The notes beneath the pieces are model-generated. The model searched no databases and was not told the DNA's origin. It saw nothing but the letters and a program-made list of their open reading frames with translations. 64,000 bases of DNA from Fimbriimonadia bacterium (lineage in GTDB: Bacteria > Armatimonadota > Fimbriimonadia > Fimbriimonadales > JABRVX01). A program made the translations under genes and the position numbers. Within the stretch, counting starts at the first letter, position 1. Every line of letters starts with the position of its first letter. The stretch lies in assembly GCA_041483895.1 (NCBI GenBank), contig JBGPGO010000002.1, positions 96,001 to 160,000 of the forward strand. The letters are read 5' to 3'. Positions 25,787 to 34,777 of this stretch are shown here, in pieces.

Positions 25787-28700
25787 GTGAACCCCTTTGG
25801 CATCCGTCGAACGCTCGTTGCCGTCACCGGGCCGCCGGGCTCGGGAAAGACGCGCTACTGCCTGGACCGCTTCGCGCAGTGTCCGGCGGGGGTTCTCGTC
25901 GTCTTCGGCAAGGACGCCTATCGCGAGCTTGCTGAGTCGGCGGTCCGCAGCCGGGCCGATTGGTGCGACGACCTGGAATTCAACATGGATTCGCTGCAGG
26001 ACTGGAATCGCTTTGCGGCCTATGTGCTGGATCAGTGCAACGCTCCTCCCCATCCATTGGCGGGCCGCATCCCGCGCGTGGCCATCGCGGCGGAAGCGGT
26101 GGAGAGCGTTTCCGGCGGTCTCTTCGAAAAGGTGCGGTCGACGCTGGGCTTTCACGAACGGTTCGCGGACCTGGTTGGCGAGCTGATTTCCGCGGGATTT
26201 ACGCCCGGTTCTTTCGTGAAAGGCGCGGAACGGTCCGAGGTGTCCGATCCTCGGTTCCGGGGCAAGGTGGAAGAGATTGCGAATCTGTGGAGCAAGTACG
26301 AGCGGTCGGTCGAAAAGCTGCGATTGACCCTGCCGGCAAAGCTTCCCAGCTTGGCGGCGGACGCGCTCACCACTTCGGCGCGATTGGCCGACGAGATATG
26401 GTTCGACGGTTTCCAAACCCTCAGCCAGGCGCAGATTGAGCTCCTAGATGCTTTAACGGAACAGTGCCGCGTCGGCGTCACGATTCCCTGGCAGGACGAA
26501 CGCCGGGACCTTCTGCAAAACAGCGCGCGGCTGCTCGAGCGATTGGGAGAGCGCTTCGATCTGGTCCGCGTCGTCACATCCGACGAGCCGACCAAGTATC
26601 GCGGCAAGACGCTGTTCGCGCTCTCGCAGGGCCTGTTCCGCGACGACCCGCCGCCGGCGGAATGGGACGAGCCGATCCAAATCGTCAACTGTCCGACGCG
26701 ACTGGCGGAGGTGGAATGGACGGCGCGCTGGATCCTTCGGATGTCGGAGGACCAAGCGCTGAAACCGTCCGATTTTGTGGTGGTCGCGCGGGAGATCGAA
26801 GCCTATTGGCCGCTTGTCCAGCTTGTGTTTCCCCGGTTCGGCCTGTCGCCGTCGCGCTCTGTCGAGCGCCGCGTGACGGACAGTCCCTTCGTCCGGTTCG
26901 TGCTGTCTTCGGCGGAGCTGATTCGCGACGATTGGCAAAGGGAAGATGTTATCCGTCATATCTCCTCCAGCTATGCCTTCGATGCCGGGGAGCAGGCAGC
27001 GATTCGCGTGGCGCTGAAGGGCAGCCGCGCCCGGCACGGCCTGGACTATTGGAAGCCGAAGCTGGAGCAGATTTTTTCCGACGGCTGCCGCGCAGCGGGG
27101 CGATTGGTCCGGTTGGCGGAGTGGTCCGAGGAGTTTGGCGGCCGCAAATCACCCACGGATTTCGCCGCACTCGTCCGGGAACTGTCTACTGAGATGGGAT
27201 GGACCGATCGCGCCGGCAACACCAACTCGCCGCACAGGCAGGAAGATTTCATCGCGATGGAGGCCGCGCACCGCTCCGCCGACGCCCTGGAGCAGATTGA
27301 ACTAATAACGGGCGATGGGAAATTGCGCTTCCCACAGTTTCTGTATCGATGGACGCGCATGTGCCGCCTCGCCCGGTACCGCGTGCCGCCGAATCCGGGC
27401 GTGCGCATCATCGAAAATCCCGACGAAATCAGCTTCGTCCCCCGCATCGCCTTTCTGTTGGGCCTGCTGGAAGGAGTATTCCCTCGGCGATTGACGGAGG
27501 ATCCGTTTCTCAACGACGAAGAGCGAGTCGAATTGCGGCGGGTTACCGGCAACTATCTGCAGACCGGCGAAGAGCGCATCAAGGACGAACGGGAGCGATT
27601 CTACAAGGCCGCGACCTTGCCCAGCGAGCGCCTGTTTCTGTTCTATCCGCAGGCGGGCGAAGAGAGCGAGAGTATTCCGACCCTCTACTTGGACGAGGTC
27701 CGTCGCTGTCTTCCACCCGCCGCGGTAAAAGAGGAGACCATCCTTTTGGCGCAGCCGGAAGGGTCCACGCGCGCATCGCAACTGGCCCCGACGATGGACT
27801 TCGCCCTGACCGAAGAGGACCAGCTCCTGGCCGCCGCAGCGCGTATCCCCGGCGCGCCGAAGGACTACGACGCATTGCTCGACGACTGGCGGATCCTTCC
27901 GCGCCTGCCACGCATCACTTTGCCGGAGGCCGCGATGGTGGCGGGGCCACGCAAAGGCGCAATCAGCGTAACGGAATTGGAATCGCTGAACAACTGCCCG
28001 TTCCAGCACTGGGCGCAGTATCGCGCGGGACTGCGCGATTGGCCGCTCGGAATCAGCCGCCGAGATCAGGGAACGGTGGTGCATGCGGTGCTAAGAAACG
28101 GACTGCAGTCGGCAAAGTTGGAGGACCTGGAGCGGACGCTGCTGGCCGCGTTGGAGGAGTGGCTGGAAGAAATGGAATCGGAAGCGCCGGATTGGGAGGT
28201 CGAGCTTTTGCGGGCCTATGCGACCAAAGTGCTGCTGGAATTCTGCGAACGGGAAATCCGACTTCGGATGGCCTATGGGATGGTTCCGGCGCATTTGGAG
28301 TGGCAGTTCGGTCAGGAGGCAAAGGAGGGCCGTCAGCGCGATCCGGCCTCCACGAATAAGCCATTGGAATATGAACTCTCGGACGGGAAGATGCTGCAAA
28401 TCGCGGGATCGGTTGATCGCATCGATCGGAGCAGCATCGGCACCGCGACGCTCTTAATGGACTATAAGCTGGGTTCCGCCAAGGCCGCGCGGCTCAAGGA
28501 TATCGAAGAAGGGAAGTCCCTGCAATTGCCGCTGTATGCTCTGGCAGTCGAGCAGCTACTGAACGCCGACGCCGCCAGCCTGGCCTACGATGGGATGGAA
28601 GGGAATGAGCGGTTGCTTATGCCGCGCTTCGCCAATCACAAGGAGTTCCAAATCGATCCGAGACCGCCGCATTGCGATGTGCGTCCATTGCCCGATTCGC

Positions 28701-28888
28701 ATTGGGAACGCATCCAGGCCACCGTGCGAGAAAAGGTGACCGAGCTGGTTGGACGATTGGAGCGCGCGGACATCTTCCCGACCCCGGACATCAATGTGTG
28801 CGGCCTGTGCGATTACGGCGATCTGTGCCGGATGCGCGGCGAATTGCACCACGATGGAGAGCCGATTGAGGAGTCGCTCGTTGAGTAG
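25787..28888 (+). CDS. addB: AddB/RexB-like protein: degenerate helicase + PD-(D/E)xK nuclease with Fe-S Cys motif
   Basis: GPPGSGKT; CPFQ, GSVDRID, DYK, LQLPLY, C..C.Y..LC; upstream of a UvrD-like gene. Confidence 0.85.
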   Translation: MNPFGIRRTLVAVTGPPGSGKTRYCLDRFAQCPAGVLVVFGKDAYRELAESAVRSRADWCDDLEFNMDSLQDWNRFAAYVLDQCNAPPHPLAGRIPRVAIAAEAVESVSGGLFEKVRSTLGFHERFADLVGELISAGFTPGSFVKGAERSEVSDPRFRGKVEEIANLWSKYERSVEKLRLTLPAKLPSLAADALTTSARLADEIWFDGFQTLSQAQIELLDALTEQCRVGVTIPWQDERRDLLQNSARLLERLGERFDLVRVVTSDEPTKYRGKTLFALSQGLFRDDPPPAEWDEPIQIVNCPTRLAEVEWTARWILRMSEDQALKPSDFVVVAREIEAYWPLVQLVFPRFGLSPSRSVERRVTDSPFVRFVLSSAELIRDDWQREDVIRHISSSYAFDAGEQAAIRVALKGSRARHGLDYWKPKLEQIFSDGCRAAGRLVRLAEWSEEFGGRKSPTDFAALVRELSTEMGWTDRAGNTNSPHRQEDFIAMEAAHRSADALEQIELITGDGKLRFPQFLYRWTRMCRLARYRVPPNPGVRIIENPDEISFVPRIAFLLGLLEGVFPRRLTEDPFLNDEERVELRRVTGNYLQTGEERIKDERERFYKAATLPSERLFLFYPQAGEESESIPTLYLDEVRRCLPPAAVKEETILLAQPEGSTRASQLAPTMDFALTEEDQLLAAAARIPGAPKDYDALLDDWRILPRLPRITLPEAAMVAGPRKGAISVTELESLNNCPFQHWAQYRAGLRDWPLGISRRDQGTVVHAVLRNGLQSAKLEDLERTLLAALEEWLEEMESEAPDWEVELLRAYATKVLLEFCEREIRLRMAYGMVPAHLEWQFGQEAKEGRQRDPASTNKPLEYELSDGKMLQIAGSVDRIDRSSIGTATLLMDYKLGSAKAARLKDIEEGKSLQLPLYALAVEQLLNADAASLAYDGMEGNERLLMPRFANHKEFQIDPRPPHCDVRPLPDSHWERIQATVREKVTELVGRLERADIFPTPDINVCGLCDYGDLCRMRGELHHDGEPIEESLVE

Positions 28889-31442
28889 CCTGACCGAACA
28901 CCAGGAGCGGGCGATAACGCGAAGCCATGGGCTGGTCTGTGTGGAGGCAGGGGCGGGCGCCGGAAAGACCTTGGTGATCGCGGAACGGTTCCTGTATCTG
29001 GTCCGAGAAGAGGGACTGCGGCCGAACGAAATCCTGACGATCACCTACACGCGCAAGGCGGCGCAGGAGATGAAGCAGCGAATCCTGGCCGGGCTGGATA
29101 AGGCTGGTATGCATGCGGCACGGCGCGAGGTGGAGAACGGATACATCCAGACCATTCACGGCTTCTGCGAGCGGCTGCTGCGCGAGAATCCGTTCGATGC
29201 CGGCGTCGATCCCGCGTTCCCGGTGATGAAGGAGGGCGACTCGGCGCGGCTTCGGGAACGATCGTTCGAGCTTGCGACAGGGGAAGCATTGCGCTCTTCT
29301 GGGCCGCTCCCGCAGCTCGTTTCCTCCGCGTCCACACTGCATGGTTGGGGCGCGCAAGGGGAGATGCTGGGCGTTTTGCGCAAACAGGTGGAGGACCTTT
29401 TGGAGCAGGTCCGCAGCTTTGGCCTTTCGCAGCGGGACCTGCAGGAGTGGGCGGAGCGGGAAGAGGCCGCCGTCGATGCGACGGGGGCGGAGGCGTTGCG
29501 GCAATCCTTGGAGGAGGTCACTTCGCAAATCGAATCGCTCATCGTACCAACCAAGGATCCGGCCCTGGCCGACATCTGGAAGCGCTTGAGAGCCCTGCCG
29601 GCGGACGATTCCCGCAAGCCGTTGCTGGATGAATTTTATCGCATTCCAAAGGCCAAGCTCACCGCGCCGGCACAAGCCACATTGACGGAGCTAAAGAAGC
29701 TCTCAAAGGCCGCCATCAGCACCATCGATACGGTTCAGTTGGAAGACGAGAAGCGCGCCGCGATCCGATCCGCCGGTCTTCTTCGCCTCGCGCTCCTTAT
29801 GTGGCGACACTACGAGCATCTCAAGAGCCTGGAAGGCCAGCTTGATTTCTCCGATTTGGAACATTGCGCCGTGCGCCTGTTGGAAGGATGCGAGCCGATC
29901 AAGAATCGATATCGTCTGCGCTTCAAGCAGCTTTTAGTGGATGAATTCCAAGACGTGAATCCGATCCAGGCGCGTTTGGTGCAGGCGCTCAGCTCCGGCG
30001 ACAACGTCTGTTTTGTCGGCGACCCGCGGCAGTCGATCTATCGATTCCGCCATGCCGATGTAACGCAGTTCATGGACTGGTCGAAGGATGCGAAGAGGCG
30101 GGAGGAAGCGGAGCCCGAGAGCGCGTGCCATGTGCCGCTGGACCTCAATTTCCGGTCCCGCCCTGGGATTTTGCAATTCGTTTCGGCCATCATGGAACGG
30201 TTGAAGCGGCCGGAGTTCGGAACTCTGGTCGCCCATCGCGGTTTTTTGGACGACGGCACGCCGCCGGTCGAGGTCTGGTATGGCGCGATGGATCGGCCCT
30301 CGGAAGATGCGCGGATGGTGGCGATGGGCATTCGCGGGATGATGTCCGATTCCCACATCCGCATCGAAACCCCCGAAGGTTTGCGGCCGCCTCGCTGGTC
30401 CGACTTCGCGCTCCTTTTCCGTTTTACGCCGCGAATCGATGAGTATCAGCGGGCGCTGTTCGCCGCCGGCATCCCAAACCAGATCGTGATGGCGGGCCGA
30501 AACTACTACGCGCGCTACGAGGTTCGCGACGTTCGCAATGCTCTGCAGGCGATCGCCCATCCGCAGGACGACCTGGCCCTCGCATGCCTCCTCCGATCCC
30601 CCATGGTCGGCCTGTCCATGGATGCCCTCACGCTGCTTTGCTCTCGCTCATCCGAAAACGGAGAGCCTCGGCCCCAGCTGATCCAAATCCTTTCCGAACC
30701 GCCCGCCCGCCTTCCCGATTCGGACTGTGAAAAGATCGCGCGGTTTTTGGAGTGGTTCCCGGATTTGTCGGTCTATGCGGATCGCCGCGAGGTCGGGGAA
30801 GTGATGGAACGCGTGCTCACCGAAACGCGCTATGCGGCGAAGCTGCTGTGCAGGGAGGACGGCGCCCGCCAACTGGCGAACGTGCGAAAGCTGCTGCAGA
30901 TGGCGGTGGATGCGCGGGAGATGACGCTGACCGAGTTTGTCCGTCGGCTTGACCGGCTGGTCAAGATTTATCAGCGGGAAGGGGACGCGCCGACGCATGA
31001 GGATGACGCGGATGTCGTCCGACTCATGACGGTGCACGCCGCGAAAGGATTGGAATTTCCGATTGTCGTGCTGCCGCAGATGTTTGGATCCCCGCCGCCC
31101 TTTAATGATCTAGTGATGGCCGATCCGAAAACGCGGCGCATCGGATCGAAGGTCGGCGATTACAAGAGCGTAATGTTCAATCAGGTGATGAATCAGAAAA
31201 AGGACGAGCAGACGGATGAGGCGATGCGACTATTGTACGTGGCCATGACTCGGGCGCGCGACTATCTTGCCCTGTGCCTGCCGAGCCAGACCAAAGGGCG
31301 CTCCGGGGATTCCTGGGCCGCGTGGTGCCGTTCGGCATTGGCGTTCAACTCCCCGACCATTCCGGCCGGCATCCGCGAGGTGCGAGAAGGCGTTCCGTAC
31401 CGCGTGCGCGACATCAGCGATCCGGAGAATTTGGCGCAATGA
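28881..31442 (+). CDS. addA: AddA-like UvrD/SF1 helicase, apparently lacking the C-terminal nuclease
   Basis: AGAGAGKT, TYTRKAA, TIHGFC, VDEFQD, VGDPRQSIYRFR, MTVHAAKGLEFP, LYVAMTRAR; TTG start with GAGGAG RBS overlapping the addB stop. Confidence 0.85.
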   Translation: MSSLTEHQERAITRSHGLVCVEAGAGAGKTLVIAERFLYLVREEGLRPNEILTITYTRKAAQEMKQRILAGLDKAGMHAARREVENGYIQTIHGFCERLLRENPFDAGVDPAFPVMKEGDSARLRERSFELATGEALRSSGPLPQLVSSASTLHGWGAQGEMLGVLRKQVEDLLEQVRSFGLSQRDLQEWAEREEAAVDATGAEALRQSLEEVTSQIESLIVPTKDPALADIWKRLRALPADDSRKPLLDEFYRIPKAKLTAPAQATLTELKKLSKAAISTIDTVQLEDEKRAAIRSAGLLRLALLMWRHYEHLKSLEGQLDFSDLEHCAVRLLEGCEPIKNRYRLRFKQLLVDEFQDVNPIQARLVQALSSGDNVCFVGDPRQSIYRFRHADVTQFMDWSKDAKRREEAEPESACHVPLDLNFRSRPGILQFVSAIMERLKRPEFGTLVAHRGFLDDGTPPVEVWYGAMDRPSEDARMVAMGIRGMMSDSHIRIETPEGLRPPRWSDFALLFRFTPRIDEYQRALFAAGIPNQIVMAGRNYYARYEVRDVRNALQAIAHPQDDLALACLLRSPMVGLSMDALTLLCSRSSENGEPRPQLIQILSEPPARLPDSDCEKIARFLEWFPDLSVYADRREVGEVMERVLTETRYAAKLLCREDGARQLANVRKLLQMAVDAREMTLTEFVRRLDRLVKIYQREGDAPTHEDDADVVRLMTVHAAKGLEFPIVVLPQMFGSPPPFNDLVMADPKTRRIGSKVGDYKSVMFNQVMNQKKDEQTDEAMRLLYVAMTRARDYLALCLPSQTKGRSGDSWAAWCRSALAFNSPTIPAGIREVREGVPYRVRDISDPENLAQ

Positions 31443-32350
31443 TCTTTGGCGGGATCAGCGGTGGCGGGTCGCACACTGGTTGCTGTCTTTGCGCGTCGGA
31501 AGATGAATGCATCGGTCAGGGCGTCGCGGGTCCATGCAACACGAACTTTGTCTCAATTGAAGAGGCTGCGGAGAACGTGCGGCAGGCGGTGGATCAGGCA
31601 TTCGCGATGGCCGGGATCGACCGATGCAGGGCGATCGGGACGGCGGTCGCCGGCTGGGTCTCCTCCGAATACGCCGTGGCAAAGGCGACGAAAGAACTGC
31701 TGCAAGAAAGAACCGATGAGGTGCGCGAGTACGGTGAGCATGAGGCGGCGTTGGCGGCATGCGGCATCTTCGAAAATCACGGTGTGGCTGTGGTCGCCGG
31801 GACGGGATCGAGCGTGGTCGCGTTTCGTGATGGCAGATCGGTCTCCGGCGGCGGATGGGGTTCGGCATTGGGGGATGAAGGCAGTGCGTTTGAAATCGCG
31901 GACAGGGCGCTTCGCGCCGCGGTACGATCCTACGAGTCGACGGGCCGAAAATGCGCGGTGCTGGAAGAAGCGATTCTCGTTCACTTTGGCGTCAGCGAGA
32001 TGCGAGAATTGTTGCCGCTTTTCTATCAGACTGGAGTTCGGCGGGATGAGATCGCGCGGCTTACCGCCTCCCTCAGCGCATACCAAAATGAACCCCTGAT
32101 CGCGGAGCTGTTCGAGCAGGCCGGGCTCGATTTGGCGGCGGTAGCCGTTGGGACCGCGCGCAAACTGTACAAGCCGGAGGAGGCGTTTCCGGTTGCGATG
32201 AGCGGCGGCGTTTGGCAGGAGAACGGCCGCCTAACAAGTATGTTTGAACGAAACTTTCAGATGATTTTCCCGGCGGCGGAATTTCGGCGGGAGGTGTATG
32301 GTCCGCCGAAAGGTTTGGCTTTGCGGGTTATGAAGGATGTGATGAAATGA
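31439..32350 (+). CDS. BadF/BadG/BcrA/BcrD-type N-acetylglucosamine kinase-like protein
   Basis: GISGGGSHT, VAGTGS, GGWGSALGDEGS, SGGVW; ATGA overlap with addA. Confidence 0.85.
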   Translation: MIFGGISGGGSHTGCCLCASEDECIGQGVAGPCNTNFVSIEEAAENVRQAVDQAFAMAGIDRCRAIGTAVAGWVSSEYAVAKATKELLQERTDEVREYGEHEAALAACGIFENHGVAVVAGTGSSVVAFRDGRSVSGGGWGSALGDEGSAFEIADRALRAAVRSYESTGRKCAVLEEAILVHFGVSEMRELLPLFYQTGVRRDEIARLTASLSAYQNEPLIAELFEQAGLDLAAVAVGTARKLYKPEEAFPVAMSGGVWQENGRLTSMFERNFQMIFPAAEFRREVYGPPKGLALRVMKDVMK

Positions 32351-33090
32351 GCGCATACGACGATTATTTTGATAGGCTGACTGACCACCTGCAGCGGCTG
32401 CGGACCACCTCGCGGGCTGCGATTGAAGAATGCGCGGAAGTGTGCGTCGAAAGTCTTTTGTCCGGCGGGGCGATCCATGTGTTCGACACCGGCCATCTGG
32501 TTTCGCGGGAGCTGATCAACCGCGCCGGGGGTCTTGCCGCGTTTCTCCCGTTCAATGTGACGCTGACGGTGGACAATCCGCATCCGGGCCGAACGGCGGA
32601 GAAGGATGTGCGGGGCGATGCGCCGGGGACATCAGAGTTGGTCGCGGCGGCCTTTTCTCGCAGTTCTGTTCGCGCGGGCGATGTGATGATCGTCGGAAGC
32701 GTATCCGGCAACTCGCCGATGCCGGTGGAGGTGTGTCTGCACGCGGGCCGCAAAGGGCTCAAAACGATTGCGCTCACCGCGGTCGCATATTCCTCGCGTT
32801 TGGAATCGCGGCATCCATCCGAAAAGCGATTGTTCGAGGCGGCGGATCACACGATTGATAATGGCGCGCCGTTTGGCGATGCCATGATGAGGATGGCGGG
32901 GTTGGAAGAGGAGTTCGGTCCGTTTTCCGGAATCGGCGCGGTGGTTTCGTTGTGGGCGCTTGGGGCCGAAATCTGCGAGCGCATGGTGGCGCGCGGCATG
33001 CCGCCGACGGTGTTCGCAAGCATCAATCGATCGGATGGTCCGGAGCGATACGAAAAGGCCAAGAAGAGATTTTTGGACAAGGGTTATTGA
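32347..33090 (+). CDS. SIS-domain sugar isomerase-like protein
   Basis: DTGH...RAGGL, SVSG, SRHPS.KRL, DNGAPFGDA. Confidence 0.85.
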   Translation: MSAYDDYFDRLTDHLQRLRTTSRAAIEECAEVCVESLLSGGAIHVFDTGHLVSRELINRAGGLAAFLPFNVTLTVDNPHPGRTAEKDVRGDAPGTSELVAAAFSRSSVRAGDVMIVGSVSGNSPMPVEVCLHAGRKGLKTIALTAVAYSSRLESRHPSEKRLFEAADHTIDNGAPFGDAMMRMAGLEEEFGPFSGIGAVVSLWALGAEICERMVARGMPPTVFASINRSDGPERYEKAKKRFLDKGY

Positions 33091-33824
33091 TGGAGTATTT
33101 AACCATTGTCCGCGAGCTACTGCTTAAGGTGCAAAAAGAGTCCGGCGAGGCGATGCGCACGGCGTCGGAGTGGGTGGCGGATGCGATCGTAAACGACAGG
33201 ATTATCTGGGTGTTTGGCTCCGGCCATGCGGGGATTCTGGCGGACGAAACCTTCTATCGCGCGGGCGGATTGGCATGCGTGTCGCCTATTCACATCCCGG
33301 GGTTACTGACTTCGGATACCCCGATCACGATCACGACCGAGCACGAGCGGGAAGACGGATACGCCCTTGCGTTCATGCCGTATGTGCCAATTCACCAAGG
33401 CGATATCGTGATCGTGCATTCCGTTTCCGGGCGCAACGCCGCGCCGGTGGAGGTGGCGGAGTACGCGAACGAAAGAGATGCGCATACGATTGGCATTACG
33501 TCGCTCGAGTACGCCAAGTCTTCGACGGCGCGAAACGCGCTTGACAGGCTGCTGCACGAAGTGGTTGATCTGGTGATCGACGATTGCGCTCCGATCGGCG
33601 ATGCCGCCGTGCGAATCGAAGGGATGACGCAATTGTGCTCACCCGTCTCCACAGTGCTCGGCGCGGCGATCCTGCACACGATTTTCTCTGAGGCGTGTCG
33701 TCTTCTTGTGGCGCTAGGAATCGAGCCCCCGGTGTTCCGTTCCGCCAATTTGGAAGGTGGGGATGAATATAACAAATCCCTCCTCGACCGATACCGCGGT
33801 CGTGTCACCTATCTGTCGCCTTGA
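33090..33824 (+). CDS. SIS-domain sugar isomerase-like protein (UPF0309-type)
   Basis: FGSGH...ETFYRAGGL, SVSGRN..PVE, PPVFRSAN; TGATG coupling to the previous gene. Confidence 0.88.
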   Translation: MEYLTIVRELLLKVQKESGEAMRTASEWVADAIVNDRIIWVFGSGHAGILADETFYRAGGLACVSPIHIPGLLTSDTPITITTEHEREDGYALAFMPYVPIHQGDIVIVHSVSGRNAAPVEVAEYANERDAHTIGITSLEYAKSSTARNALDRLLHEVVDLVIDDCAPIGDAAVRIEGMTQLCSPVSTVLGAAILHTIFSEACRLLVALGIEPPVFRSANLEGGDEYNKSLLDRYRGRVTYLSP

Positions 33825-33830
33825 ACGATG

Positions 33831-34046
33831 CGAACGTCAATGAAAGTGTCACAATGTCATTCCAAGTATGACAATGTCATACTGAGTAACACAATGTCAT
33901 TCTGAGCCTGTCGAAGAATCCCTTTCTTGAGTGTTTGCTTATTGATAGCGTTGGCGGATGGCGAGAGGTCCTGAAAGGGATTCTTCGACAGGCTCAGAAT
34001 GACGGTATTATTGGGCCCGAATGACAGCATTGTTGGCCCGGAATCG
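33831..34046. repeat. Perfect 31-bp inverted-repeat element (MITE/REP-like) with tandemly reiterated outer ends
   Basis: GTCATTCTGAGCCTGTCGAAGAATCCCTTTC (33896-33926) and its exact reverse complement (33973-34003); ACAATGTCAT at 20-bp period (33851, 33871, 33891); GAATGAC units at 22-bp period on the right. Confidence 0.9.
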
Positions 34047-34052
34047 CGTACA

Positions 34053-34110
34053 TTTCATTGACGATCGCATCGTCAAGAACCCGTGCGCATGACGATGCGA
34101 TCGTCAATAA
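34053..34110. repeat. Inverted pair of palindrome A
   Basis: TTTCATTGACGATCGCATCGTCAA (34053-34076, identical to 1771-1794) and an inverted copy at 34090-34110. Confidence 0.88.
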
Positions 34111-34132
34111 AAGGAAGAAGCTCTGGAGCAAG

Positions 34133-34777
34133 CTAAAGCGTCCGGCTACCGGCCGGGTTGAGATTGATGCAGGCGATGGCGGTTGTCGCAACGCAGCGCA
34201 GATCTTCCACGGGGCCCACATTTCGCACATACCAGACATCCGACGCGATCTTGCGCGGCAACAGCGTGTACTTGTAAAACGAATCGGGGTCCGGCTGCTC
34301 CGCCAACATCTCTTCCTCATGCCGGCACATCACCTGTGTCGGCCCGGTAATGCCGGGACGGACGCTGAGAATCGTGCGTCGCTCGTCATCGGGGTAATGG
34401 CTCTTGATGAAAAACGCGACCTGCGGACGTGGGCCGACGATGCTCATGTCGCCGCACAGAACATTCCACAATTGGGGCAATTCGTCCAATTTGGTCTTTC
34501 TCAAAAATCGTCCGACCTTCGTCACGCGCGGGTCGCCGGCGGTTGTAACTGCGGCACCCTCCTGGTCCGCCGTTTTTCGCATTGTGCGAAACTTTATCAT
34601 CCTAAATCGCCGCCCGGACCGGCCGCACCGAACATGCCGATAGAACACGGGTCCCGGCGATCCGAGCTTCACAGCCACTGCGACAACAGCCATGAGCGGA
34701 GACAAAACGATAAGAAGCAGCATCGCCATCGCGACATCCGCAAGACGTTTCAGCCCCGAGTAGATGCCGCTACCCAT
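34133..34777 (-). CDS. Bacterial sugar transferase (polyprenyl-phosphate glycosylphosphotransferase)
   Basis: KRLAD, KFRTM, DPRVTKVGRFLRKTKLDELPQLWNVL.GDMSIVGPRP. Confidence 0.95.
   Translation of the reverse strand: MGSGIYSGLKRLADVAMAMLLLIVLSPLMAVVAVAVKLGSPGPVFYRHVRCGRSGRRFRMIKFRTMRKTADQEGAAVTTAGDPRVTKVGRFLRKTKLDELPQLWNVLCGDMSIVGPRPQVAFFIKSHYPDDERRTILSVRPGITGPTQVMCRHEEEMLAEQPDPDSFYKYTLLPRKIASDVWYVRNVGPVEDLRCVATTAIACINLNPAGSRTL

Noticed and set aside
25787..28888. Cas4 or a defence helicase-nuclease
   Set aside because: The Fe-S nuclease is fused to a long degenerate helicase and paired with a UvrD-like gene in housekeeping context, which fits AddAB
33831..33910. 20-bp periodic repeats as a CRISPR array
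   Set aside because: The constant part is only 10 bp, the intervening 10-mers resemble each other, the period is far too short, and no cas genes are present
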